DNA from: Octopus vulgaris
Taxonomy: Eukaryota
Reading direction: 5' to 3'
Assembly (NCBI GenBank): GCA_951406725.2
Contig: OX597817.1
Coordinates: forward strand, 96,658,001-96,722,000
DNA: 64,000 nucleotides
Shown: positions 50,820-64,000 of the stretch, one piece after another
Layout: each line of letters begins with the position of its first letter
Position numbering within the stretch: position 1 is the first letter of the stretch
Notes under the pieces: model-generated
What the model was told of the DNA's origin: nothing
Databases searched by the model: none
What the model saw: only the letters and a program-made list of their open reading frames with translations
Translations under genes and position numbers: made by a program

Positions 50820-53800
50820 AAGCCAAAAGATTGTACAGCAGCTGACCTGGCTTCATCAAACCCAAGCCCGCAGGTGGGACTACCCACTATATACCAGACC
50901 ACCACAGCAAACAGACACAGGATGGACACCGCCGGCAACAACGTACACCTCACCTCGATACTCCTACTGAACATCAGAGGACTGCAAACACTCAGTAACA
51001 GGACAAAGATCCCGTTCCTGAGAGACTTTGTTACATGCAATCAAGCCTTATGCATAGCACTTACAGAAACGCACCTGAAACCGGACATAGCAGATGCGGA
51101 GTTACACATACCACAGTATGCTGTACTACGGACCGACAGGAAAGATAGGAGTCACGGAGGTGTTGCTATGTACATCCGTGAGGACCTCACACCCCAGGTC
51201 CTCTTGTCATACTCAAACTCGGTGTGTGACACACTAATTGTACATATTAGGCAACTTGATGTAGTTGTGTGTGCTACATATCGCCCTCCAGATGCCCCAA
51301 GCCATGTGGGCAAGTTTGAAGACTGCCTTATAAAAATAGAAGAAATTCTAACCACATTAGAACAACACATAGGTGTGTTTCTCATGGGAGACTTCAATCT
51401 GCCCAATGTCAGATGGCCCGAGGGCCTTTCTCTCCCAGGAATGACAAGATGTGAACGAGGACAGGCGAGGTCCCTCCTGAACCTCATCAACACCCTGTAC
51501 ATGGAGCAGGTAATACTCCAACCAACCAGAGCAGGTAACACACTGGATCTCTACTTCACAAATGACATGGATCTCATCCATAATGTGAAAGTGACACCGA
51601 CACTACTCTCGGATCACAACATGATAGAGCTGACCATGTACGGGCCAAAAGAGAGCACGGACATGCAGCCTACAAGAAACCCTCAAAATCTTTCCAGCTT
51701 GAACTACCATAAGGCAAACTGGAAACAAATTGAGAAAGAGATCCTCAAACAAAACTGGCCTAAATGTCTCTCCTCGCCAGACATCGACGTGAAACTTCAA
51801 CAATTCATGTCTGTAATGCAAGCCATATGCTACAAATGTGTCCCAGAGAGAAAGGCCACTGTACACAAGAACAAAATCCCCAGAGAGAGGAAAATTTTAA
51901 TGAGACGGCGTACGAAATTTTCAAATCGCCTAAACAAACAGATTGAAAGCAGTGAAAAGTCCCGCCTAAAAATAAAACTGTTGGAAATCGAAAAATGTCT
52001 GCAACTCTCCCATGAAAAAGAAAGAGCAGACAAAGAAGCCTGGGCTATAGAAAACATAAAATCTAACCCCAGAGCTTTCTACAGGTATGCCAAAGAAACA
52101 GCTACAGTGCACTGTAGAATAGGGCCACTCCTCGAAAGGATGGCACACTTACAGGAAAACCAATGAGGGTAAGTGAAATACTGAATGAGCAATTCAAGAG
52201 TGTTTTCACTCCACCCCTTGGGCATCTCCAAATCACCAATCCAACTGACTTTTTTACCACTGCAGATATAAAATCAGAGGCGGCGACGATAGATTACATC
52301 GATATAAAGGAAGACGATGTAACCAAGGCTATAGATGAAACGAAAACAGACTCAGCTACTGGCCCCGATGGATTCCCGGCAATCCTCCAAAAGCATGTAA
52401 GAGAGTCCTAGCAAGACCACTGCAGTTCCTCTTTCAGAGCTTCCTTGCTGCTGGCAAACTTCCAGGAAAACTGAAGGAAGGTAAAATATGCCCCATTCAT
52501 AAAGGAGGTAGCAGAGCGGAAGCCAAGAACTATAGACCTATCTCTCTGACCTCACACATCAGCAAGGTCATGGAACGAATAGTCAGAAGGAAGCTGATCA
52601 CCTTCCTTGAAGAGAATGACTTGCTGCCCGACACCCAACATGGTTTCCGACCAGGGAGAAGCTGTTTAACTCAGCTCCTACAACACTATGACTGGGTGCT
52701 GAAACGGCTGCTCAACCACTCAAATGTGGAAGTGATATATCTCGACTTTGCAAAGGCCTTTGATAAAGTCGATCATGGAATGATATGTCACAAACTGCGT
52801 GATCTCAACATAGTTGGAAAACTGGGAGAATGGCTTCATGACTTTCTGAAGGATAGAAGTCAGGTGGTAGTAGCCAATGGGGCCACCTCCATTAACACAC
52901 AAATAGTGAGCGGTGTTCCGCAGGGCACTGTTCTGGGACCACTACTGTTCATAATGGCCCTCTCAGACATGCCCTCAGCCACGCAGAGAGCCACGATCAC
53001 AAGTTATGCAGATGATACAAAAGTTTCACAGGCAATACAGAACCCTGAGGACACTAAACACCTGCAATGTGAGCTGGACGAAATATACAAGTGGGCTGAA
53101 AAGAATAGCATGCAGTTCAATGCTGGAAAGTTTCAAGCTTTATACTATCAGCATGCAAAACTGAATGCAATACCCAATGAATACACTGGACCCGGAGGGA
53201 TTGCAATCCCAGAAGCACAATCAGTGCGTGACCTGGGTATTCACATGAGTGATGACGCGACCTTTCATGTACATGTTGCTAAACTGACAATGAAATGTAG
53301 ACGGCTGGCTGGATGGATTCTTAGAATCTTTAGAACAAGAGAACAAGGAACCATGATGGTCCTCTGGAAGACACTTGTCCTAAGCCACTTTGACTATTGC
53401 TCTCAGTTATGGTCACCATCCAGTGTCAAGTTGATCACAGAACTTGAGGCGATCCAACGAAGCTACACAAAGAAGATAGCCTCTATGCAGAATGTAAGCT
53501 ACTGGGAAAGACTCAAGAGATTAAAATTATATTCCCTGGAGCGTAGGCGGGAAAGATATGCCATAATATACATCTGGAAGATCTTGGAGGGAAGTGTCCT
53601 GAACTTTGGCATCGAGAGTTACGCAAATGCCAGAACTGGGCGCCACTGCGTGGTGCCTAGGACTCCAAACCTGCCATCAAGATGTAGGACAAGATTCTGT
53701 GATAGCCTGGGCTTCCGAGGCCCACAGCTCTTCAATATCCTCCCGAAGAACCTGAGAGACCTGCATGGGGTGGATACAGATGTCTTTAAAATGGAGCTGG

Positions 53801-53997
53801 ATCTCTTCCTGTCAGGTGTCCCAGATGAACCAACTTCACGGCAGGAGGGGCAGATGAGGGCAGCTGCATCGAACTCTCTCATGCACCAAATAGCAGTTGC
53901 TAGAAAGCCTCCATGAAGTGAAACCAAGTAGCAACACCAAATGGCGGTGCCCCAGCATGGCCACAGCTCATAAGCTGAAACTATCAATCAATCAATC
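50820..53997 (+). mobile_element. CR1-group LINE with near-complete ORF2 (two frameshifts)
   Basis: LLNIRGL...IALTETHL (APE start), RT ORF 52570-53916, tail CCCCAGCATGGCCACAGCTCATAAGCTGAAACT(ATCA)n. Confidence 0.95.
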
Positions 53998-54002
53998 ATG
54001 AA

Positions 54003-56025
<2,023 letters not shown>

Positions 56026-56592
56026 TAGAAATATTAAAACTACTAAGTCTCTCTAAAAGAGAACAGCGGCAGCGTTCCGGAAAATAATAGTTATCGCCAT
56101 ACTAATATGGCATTCTTATAAGAATGCCATATTAGTATGGCGATAACTATTATATATATATACATATATATATATACATATATATATATATACACATATA
56201 TATATACATATATATATACATATATATATATACACATATATATACACATATATATACACATATATATATACATATATATATATATACATATATATATACA
56301 CATATATATACACATATATATATACATATACATATACATATACATATATATATACATATATATATACATATATATATATATACATATATACATATACATA
56401 TATACATATATATATACATATATATATACATATAAAAATAATAGTTATCGCCATACTAATAAGGCATTCTTATAAAAATAAGAAAAAAGCTGTCCGCTTA
56501 TTAGCTCCATGAGGCCATCGCCTTAAGTTAGCTATTTGATACACAAACTGTATCCATATAACCTTCGAACAAGGGAGGTCAGTCGCTCCACA

Positions 56593-56663
56593 CTACTTGA
56601 CCGGCAGCTACAGACGCGTTTCGGGGTATTGCACCTTTTCAATGCAGTGTAGCCAGCCAGTAG
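56593..56663 (-). ncRNA. Hammerhead motif, repeat unit 1
   Basis: Reverse complement of 57513-57583, with one mismatch in stem I and one in stem II. Confidence 0.6.
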
Positions 56664-56954
56664 GTGTCGCTTCCGACAATCTCTGTTCGATGGTTTTATT
56701 TACCTAGTTTCGGTGGAATACATCCACTTGTTTTCAATAATACAAATATTAAAATTACTAAGTCTCTCTAAAAGAGAACAGCGGCAGCGTTCCCGGAAAA
56801 TAATAGTTATCGCCATACTAATATGGCATTCTTATAAAAATAAGAAAAAAGCTGTCCGCTTATTAGCTCCATGAGGCCATCGCCTTAAGTTAGCTATTTG
56901 ATACACAAACTGTATCCATATAACCTTCGAACAAGGGAGGTCAGTCGCTCCACA

Positions 56955-57025
56955 CTACTTGACCGGCAGCTACAGACACGTTTCAGGGTATTGCCCCTTT
57001 TCAATGCAGCGTAGCCAGCCAGTAG
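56955..57025 (-). ncRNA. Hammerhead motif, repeat unit 2
   Basis: As above; stem III reads CGTG and stem II has a G-U pair. Confidence 0.6.
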
Positions 57026-57512
57026 GTGTCAGTTCCGACAATCTCTGTTCGATGGTTTTATTTACCTAGTTTCGGTGGAATACATCCACTTGTTTTCAAT
57101 AATACAAATATTAAAATTACTAAGTCTCTCTAAAAGAGAACAGCGGCAGCATTCCCGGAAAATAATAGTTATCGCCATACTAATATGGCATTCTTATAAA
57201 AATAAGAAAAAAGCTGTCCGCTTATTAGCTCCATGAGGCCATCGCCTTAAGTTAGCTATTTGATACACAAACTGTATCCATATAACCTTCGAACAAGGGA
57301 GGTCAGTCGCTAATAAGCGGACAGCTTTTTTCTTATTTTTATATGAATGCCATATTAGTATGGCGATAACTATTATTTTCCGGGAACGCTGCCGCTGTTC
57401 TCTTTTAGAGAGACTTAGTAATTTTAATATTTGTATTATTGAAAACAAGTGGATGTATTCCACCGAAACTAGGTAAATAAAACCATCGAACAGAGATTGT
57501 CGGAAGCGACAC

Positions 57513-57583
57513 CTACTGGCTGGCTACGCTGCATTGAAAAGGGGCAATACCCCGAAACGCGTCTGTAGCTGCCGGTCAAGTAG
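57513..57583 (+). ncRNA. Type I hammerhead ribozyme, U3-A8 core variant (best copy)
   Basis: GCTGCA-TTGAAAA-GGGG(CAATA)CCCC-GAAA-CGCG-TC-TGTAGC; stem I extends through GGCTGGC/GCCGGTC and CTACT/AGTAG. Confidence 0.75.
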
Positions 57584-57810
57584 TGTGGAGCGACTGACCT
57601 CCCTTGTTCGAAGGTTATATGGATACAGTTTGTGTATCAAATAGCTAACTTAAGGCGATGGCCTCATGGAGCTAATAAGCGGACAGCTTTTTTCTTATTT
57701 TTATAAGAATGCCATATTAGTATGGCGATAACTATTATTTTCCGGGAACGCTGCCGCTGTTCTCTTTTAGAGAGACTTAGTACTTTTAATATTTGTATAT
57801 ACATATATAC

Positions 57811-57837
<27 letters not shown>

Positions 57838-57841
<4 letters not shown>

Positions 57842-60800
57842 AAGTTAATCTAAACAAGAAAGCACAAAAAAACACAACGCGAGGATGTGGAACAAATATA
57901 GTATTATTGGGCGCTCAGGAAAGAAGGAAAGGAGAGTTTAATGTCTCGAGCGGATCTCTTCGTCGGAAACATAGGAGAAGGAAAGATCTAGAGAAGGGTA
58001 GACAGAGGAAAAAAATCGCCAACGGTACACACACGGCCACATTTCCAGAAGGAAATTGGTGAAGAAAATTTTTTCAAAGACAGAAGAGTGGTTCTTACCA
58101 GGAGAGTGGTAGAGGAGGAGGAATGTGCGTGTAAGTTTGGATATGCGTGAGCGCGGAGGTGTGCGTGTGTGTATGTGTGTATGTGTGTGTGGTTGTTAAT
58201 CTTTGCCTGCTGTAGGGATAGTAGTGTTAAGGTCGAGGAAGAAGGAATTGGGAGTGACGCCTTTTGTTTCTACCACAGGTCAAGTAGTAGGTACTGCTAG
58301 TTTGAAGTATGTGTGTGTGTGTGCGTGTATATATATGTATCGTGTGTGTGTCTTGTTTGTAGTGTGTGTGTGTGTATGTATGTGTGTGTTCGTGTGTGTA
58401 TGCGTAGAGTTTGGGTGTGTGCTTGTACGTGCGTATGTGTGTATACATGTATGTATAATTGTGTGCGTGTACGTATGTGTGCCGTGTGTATGGGATGTAT
58501 GTGTGGGTTCATTTGTGTGTGTGTGTGTGTATGTATGTGCAAGCGTGTCGTATGTGCGTGTAGTTGGTGTGTGTGTACGTGTGTGTTTGTATGTGTGTGC
58601 GTAAGCGTATATAGGTGTATATACATGTATCCCTGGGGTTGTGAGTTTTGGGTGTGTGAATGTGTGCATGCGTATGTGTGCGCATGTTTTTGTGTGTGTG
58701 TGTGTCTGTGTCTATATGTGTATACGTATGTGTATGTGTGTGCGCGCATGTAGGCATGTATTGTGTGTATGTATATGTATTGGTGTGTATGTGAATTTGT
58801 GTATGCATGCGTGTGGGTTTTTGGAGTTGTGTGGGCGTAATGTGCATGCGTGTGCTTGTGTGTGTGTGTACGCTTACGTGCGTGTATGTGCGTGTGTGTC
58901 TGTGCACATGTGTATATAAGTGTGTGCGTATCTGTATGAGTATTGTTTGTTGGAGGTATGTGTGGGCGTCTGTGCTGGTGTGTGTGTATGTACGTGTGTA
59001 TGTGTGCGTGTATTGTGTGCATATGTACGTGCGTGTATGTGTATGTGCGTGTGTGTAACCGTGGAGATGTGTGTCAGGTTGTGTTCATTTTATTGTGTGT
59101 ACACGTGTGTGCTTGAGTATGTGCGTGTATGTGGCTATGTGTACGTTTATGTGTGTGTGTCTAAAGGTATGTGTGTCTGTGTGTGCTGGATGGGATAGGT
59201 TTCTGTGCATTCTTGTGCGTGTGTGTACGTTTGTGTACGTGTGTGTGTGCGCATGGGTGTGTATTTGTGTATGTATGCATGTGTGTATGTGTGTGGAAGT
59301 ATGTGTGCATATATGTGCATGTATGTTGTATGTGTGTGTTCGTGGATACGTGAGTATGTGTGTGTATGTGTTTGTATATAAGAACAATAATTTATAAAAA
59401 CAATAAAATAATAAAAAAAATAAAAAAACAAAAAATTATAAAACAATAAAATAATAAAATAAAAGACGTAATAGCACTTAAGGAAAGAAATGAAAAAAAG
59501 ACAAAAAAAAGAAAAGGAGGAAGAAATAAGAAATAAAGTTGCTTGTTGCGGGAAGTGGAGACGCAGTCACTAAGATGAGGGGACTGTATTGAGTCCGTGC
59601 GGGGTTTAGTCTGTAAAGTGAAAATAAACCGTTGCTCCAAGTGAAGCCTGGATTGCGGAGGTCCGTTGTGTGGGGCAAGACCAAATACAGAGATGTCACC
59701 AGGGGAATGGCTGGCCGAGCAGAAGTGACGGGCGACGGGAGAATTGGAATGCAGCCAAACATCGTTTAGATGTTCGGCAAACTGGTCGGCCAACCGGCAG
59801 CCCATCTGTCCTACATAAAGCATCCCGCAGAGGTTGCATTTTATGCAATATATGAGACCAGACGAAGTGCACATAAAAGAATGTCTAATATGTACAGTTC
59901 ACTGGTTGGAGCCGGTGACAGCAGTGGTGTTGGTGATGAAGGGGCAGGTGTTGCAGTGGGATCTGGAGCACGGGAAGGATCCATGTGGGGCTGAGGGGAA
60001 GAGGAGAGGGTGCTACGGACCAGGAGATTGCGTAGATTCTGGGCTTGTTTGAAGGAGGATAAGGGTGGGTTGGGGAAAATGGGGCGGGTCATGAGATCGA
60101 GCTGGAGACAACGGAAGGCACGTAGTATCCTCCGACGAAGGGGTAGAAAAGGAGGGGAAAGGAGGTGTGGTTAGGGGGTTGATGAGAGGAAGGAGAAAGG
60201 GTGGTGGTGCAGTTGATGTGACGAGCGTGGGCAAGGGCATTCAAGACCAAGGTTGGGGGGTAATCTCGATGCCTGAACAGACGGGCCAGGTACTGAGACT
60301 GGGTCTCAAAATCCTGGTCGCGGCTGCACAAGCGTCGGAGGCGGAGGAACTGGGAGTAGGGGATGGCCCGTTTGGTGTGGAAGGAATGGGAGGAGGAGGA
60401 GTTGAGATAGAGGTGGAAATCCGTGGGTTTGAAGAAGGCGGAGGTGGTGAGAGTGGGAGGGGTGGTCGATGCTAAGAGAGATATCAAGGAAGTTAACAGA
60501 GGTATTGGAGATGGTAGAAGTGAATTGGGGAGAGGGGTGGAAGTTAGAGAGGAAAGAGATGAAGTGGCAGAGTTGTTCGCGGGAGAGGGAGGTGGCGCCT
60601 ATGCAGTCGTCTATGTAGCAACTGTATAGCTCTGGGGTCGGCCCGGAGAATTGGGAGAATGCTTGGGCCTCAATATAGCCAACAAAGAGATTGGGGAAAT
60701 TGGGGCCCATTCTCATTCCCATCGCGACCCCAGACAGCTGTTGGTATGTTTCCCCGGCAAACGTAAAGCAGTTGAGGGTGAGGACGAGCTCTGCCAGGCG

Positions 60801-61790
60801 GAGAAGGGTGGGGGTGCTGGGGGTGGGTTCGGGATGACGGTCGAGGAAGTATTGGAGGGCTAAGAGACTGTTGTTGTGGGGAATCACAGTGTAAAGGGAT
60901 CTGATGTCTAAGGTGAAGAGGAGGTGTGAGGGGCTGGGAGGGAAGGAAAAGGAATTGAAGAGACGGAGGGTGTGGTTAGTGTCATGTATGTGGGATGGGA
61001 GGGCAGCAACTAAGGGGGACAGGATGCGGTCGAGGTATAGGGAAATGTCTTTGGTGGGACAATTACAGGCGGAAACGATGAGGCGGGTAGAACAGATGGT
61101 GGCACGGATAAAGAGGCGGGAAGTGCGGGCAAGGGTGGGTTCGATGAGGCGGGAGGAATAGGAGGTGGCATGGAACTTCAAGAGGAAGCCACAGGGTGTG
61201 ACATGATGGCGTAAGCAACGGTTAAGAAAGGAGAGATGGATACAGTGGCAAGTTTTTTTAAATCGTAAGTGAGAAAGTTTTTTTGCGGGTTGCAAGCATT
61301 GGGAGGGAAAAAAAGCAAGAAAACGGCAAAGAAGGGATTGAAGGTGTTGGAGGAATGAGTGCAAGTCAGGAATGGTGAGAAATAGTGAATGTCTGTGTAA
61401 GTGGTGGCGACACAAGTGGAAAAGTGGAAGTAGAAGAAGAAAGGTAAAAGAGGACGAGGAAAAAGTGGAAGAGTCATGGACAATTTTTTTGATTTCCAAT
61501 CACGATTTCAGTGGCGTGCTCCGGAAGAATGGTAACAGTAATCCGTAGGTGTAGAAATCCAGGAATTGGTGTCCAAGTCACTCAGAGGGTCGGGTTCCGT
61601 GTGAGCGTGCGGTATATAAAGTTAATCCAAACAAGAAAGCAAAAAAAAACACAACAACGCGAGGACGTGGAACAAATGAGTATTATTGGACACTCAGGAA
61701 AGAAGGTGAGCAGGACAATTTAACGTTTGGAGCAGAGCTCTTCGTCGGAAACATAGGCGAAGGAAAGATCCAGAAAAGAAGACAGTGGAA
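57838..61790 (-). mobile_element. Penelope-like element with two direct terminal repeats
   Basis: RT LDIRSLYT, GVAMG...GP, YIDD (60306-61499); GIY-YIG LIYCIKCNLCGMLYVGQ (59392-59874); related termini at ~57838-58045 and ~61617-61790; degenerate (TG)n at 58120-59380. Confidence 0.93.
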
Positions 61791-61959
61791 AATATATATA
61801 TATATATATATATAGATACATATATACATATATATATATATATACATATATATACATATATATATATACATATATACATATATATATATATACATATATA
61901 TATACATATATACATATATATATATATATAAATACATATATACATATATATATATATAA

Positions 61960-62017
<58 letters not shown>

Positions 62018-62048
62018 TATATATATATACATATATACATATATATAT

Positions 62049-62079
<31 letters not shown>

Positions 62080-62226
62080 TACATATATACATATATACAT
62101 ATACATATATATACATATATACATATATATATACATATATACATATATACATATATATACATATATATATACATATATATATATACATATATATATATAC
62201 ATATATATATATACATATATATATAT
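61791..62226. repeat. (TA)n/(TACA) array
   Basis: Direct observation. Confidence 0.97.
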
Positions 62227-62768
62227 AAGATGGCGCTGAACTAACAACAAGTGTGTTAACGTGTCTCTCCTAAATATTAAAGAAGTCCTTCCAGAGATCG
62301 ATGTTATCAGAAGCGAAATTGTCTGCAAAGCGAATATAAGTGATAGTACAACAAGTCACTGTATTTGAGAAGAATATTTTCGCTTTTGATGTAGTATTTG
62401 CAACTAGAACATACTCGCGAATACACGTGTTAAAACGCACGTGTGTTACTTCCCGAAATCGAAGTGAATTTTATTCTTCGTCTGTGAATCAACAAGACAC
62501 AGTATTTTTGAGAAGGATATTTTCGTTTTTGATGTATATCTGCGTGTTCTGAAAAAAGCCTCTGAAAAATTTGCTGCTTAATACCAAATCGCTTAGGAAA
62601 ATACAGAAAGTATCGTGAAACTGTTGCATGTGCTAAATCGAAACTCAAACCCCTTTTGTTTACAAAGTGCGCTTGGGGAGGAATATAAAAGGTCTGTCTT
62701 GTCTATCTATCTTCCTTTCTTATAAAAAGGAATCACGTAAGTACTCTCTGTCAGCCGGTAAGGTAAGA
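62227..62768 (+). promoter_or_regulatory. Candidate promoter/5' non-coding exon (or DNA-transposon left end)
   Basis: YY1-type AAGATGGCG at 62227, locally more CpG, GTAAG donor-like sites near 62737, 62758 and 62763. Confidence 0.25.
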
Positions 62769-62771
62769 TAT

Positions 62772-63082
62772 TATTTATTTGTTATCATTAGTGTTCTTTC
62801 AAACAGAAAATAATTAAAAAAAAAAAAAAAAAAGATATAAAAATATAAAAATACGCGCTATTCTATCTTTATAATCTTTATAATTTCGTGCCTGCCACGC
62901 ACTCTCTCTTTCTCTTTCTTACATTTCTATTTCTATCTCTCTCATACATTTTTATTATTTGTTATCATTAGTGTTCTTTCAAACAGAAAATAATAATTAA
63001 AAAGATATAAAAATACGCGCTATTCTATCTTTATAATCTCTCCCTCTCTTTCTTACATTTCTATTTCTATCTCTCTCATACA
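62772..63082. repeat. Imperfect direct duplication (~175 and ~130 bp)
   Basis: GTTATCATTAGTGTTCTTTCAAACAGAAAA...AAATACGCGCTATTCTATC...CTCTCTCATACA occurs twice. Confidence 0.85.
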
Positions 63083-63914
63083 GTTTATACCTTATCTGTC
63101 TCCCCATCCACCAGACCCTCTATTTCCGCTCTCACTCTCCCCTCCTCCCTCTCTCTCCCTCTGCAATCGTTTCTCTTTCTGCATCTCTCTCAGATCAACT
63201 TTCTCTCACCTCACCCCCTCTCTCAGTTCCTCAACTTCACTCATTCTCTCTTGTATCTATATACCGCCCTCTTTCTCTCTCTCTCTCTCTGTTACTCCCC
63301 CTCCCTCTCTCTGCCTCTTTCCTCTCCGCTCCTTCACAGGTCAAACCCCTTTTCCTCTTCCCCTTCTGTCCCCTTATTTCTTTCTCTACACCACCCTCCC
63401 TGTCCCTTTACTACACTCTGTTGCGCCCCCTCTCTTCCTCTTCCCCCTTTTTCTTCCTACCTTTCCTCTCCCTGTTCCCTCTAAGGCTCACCACCCCCCT
63501 GTCTCTTTTTTCCTCTCTCTGTCTCCTTCCTCCACACCACCCTCTCTGTCCCTTTACTTCACTCCCTGGTACCTCTATCCTGCCCTCTCTCTCTCTCCCT
63601 CTCCATTTCATCTCTCTCTTCCTCTCCATTTTATCTCTCCGCCTTTCTTCTCCCTGCTCCCCCTAGGGTCCACCCTCTTGTCTCACTTTTCCACCCTGTC
63701 CCTTTCTACTACACCTCTATCCCGCTCACTCTCCCCCTGCTGACCTGCCATTCTTTCACCTTTCTCTTTTTTCCCTCTTATTTTCTCTCTTTCTCTCTTC
63801 TCTCAGGACAATCCCCTCGTCTCTCTCTCTATCCCCCCTGGCTTTTCTCCTTTCTCTTCTCCCTCTCCATATCTCTCCTTCTCTATCTCTCTCTCTGTTC
63901 CTATATTTCACTAG
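63083..63914 (+). repeat. Polypyrimidine (CT-rich) tract ending in a possible acceptor TTTCACTAG
   Basis: ~830 bp with a strongly C/T-skewed top strand. Confidence 0.8.
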
Positions 63915-63920
63915 AAGAAA

Positions 63921-64000
63921 ATGGCAAGAAACTGGTCTGCGAGAGAGGTGCAATTGTTCGTCCGCGCTTGGAAGATCGCTGAGGACGACTCGCCGAACGA
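63921..64000 (+). CDS. Start of a probable Myb/SANT-like (trihelix) protein, MARNWSAREVQLFVRAWKIAEDDSPN..., runs off the window
   Basis: ATG in AAAATGG context 6 nt after an AG; R-N-W-S-x-x-E-x-x-L-h-h-x-A-W matches the first helix of Myb/SANT-like domains; only 26 codons visible. Confidence 0.5.
   Translation, partial: MARNWSAREVQLFVRAWKIAEDDSPN

Larger units (their letters stand above)
56030..57798. repeat. 362-bp non-coding tandem repeat with inversions (retrozyme/PLE-terminal-repeat-like)
   Basis: CCTTAAG recurs at 56521, 56883 and 57245 (period 362); forward array 56434-57311, inverted copy 57309-57798, partial unit plus fold-back at 56030-56153. Confidence 0.95.

Noticed and set aside
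58203-59446. His/Thr- and Cys/Val-rich ORFs
   Set aside because: Degenerate (TG)n tract inside the PLE 3' region

Overview
AT-rich, repeat-dominated animal genomic DNA. The SINE/RTE/Penelope families and the very long (TA)n arrays resemble octopus (coleoid cephalopod) sequence; this is an inference. The only clear host gene is CRPPA/ISPD (CDP-ribitol pyrophosphorylase) on the minus strand, with four GT-AG coding exons (6121-6281, 4393-4493, 1940-2089, 1581-1685); its first and last exons were not found in the window. Most of the rest is mobile DNA: five young RTE-clade LINE copies (each with a PHD-type C4HC3 finger inside the RT region), two divergently oriented CR1-group LINEs, several GIY-YIG Penelope-like elements (PLEs), tRNA-derived SINEs, mariner/Tc1/piggyBac-type MITEs, Helentron-like HINEs and kilobase (TA)n arrays. 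The most notable signal is a non-coding 362-bp tandem/inverted repeat (56030-57798). Each unit carries a type I minimal hammerhead ribozyme fold with a compensatory U3-A8 core, plus a second degenerate motif, making it a retrozyme-like candidate. Related hammerhead motifs occur in PLE termini (22732, 50151, 57936, 61718). A probable Myb/SANT-like ORF begins at the right edge (63921). All calls were made by eye; no searches were run.
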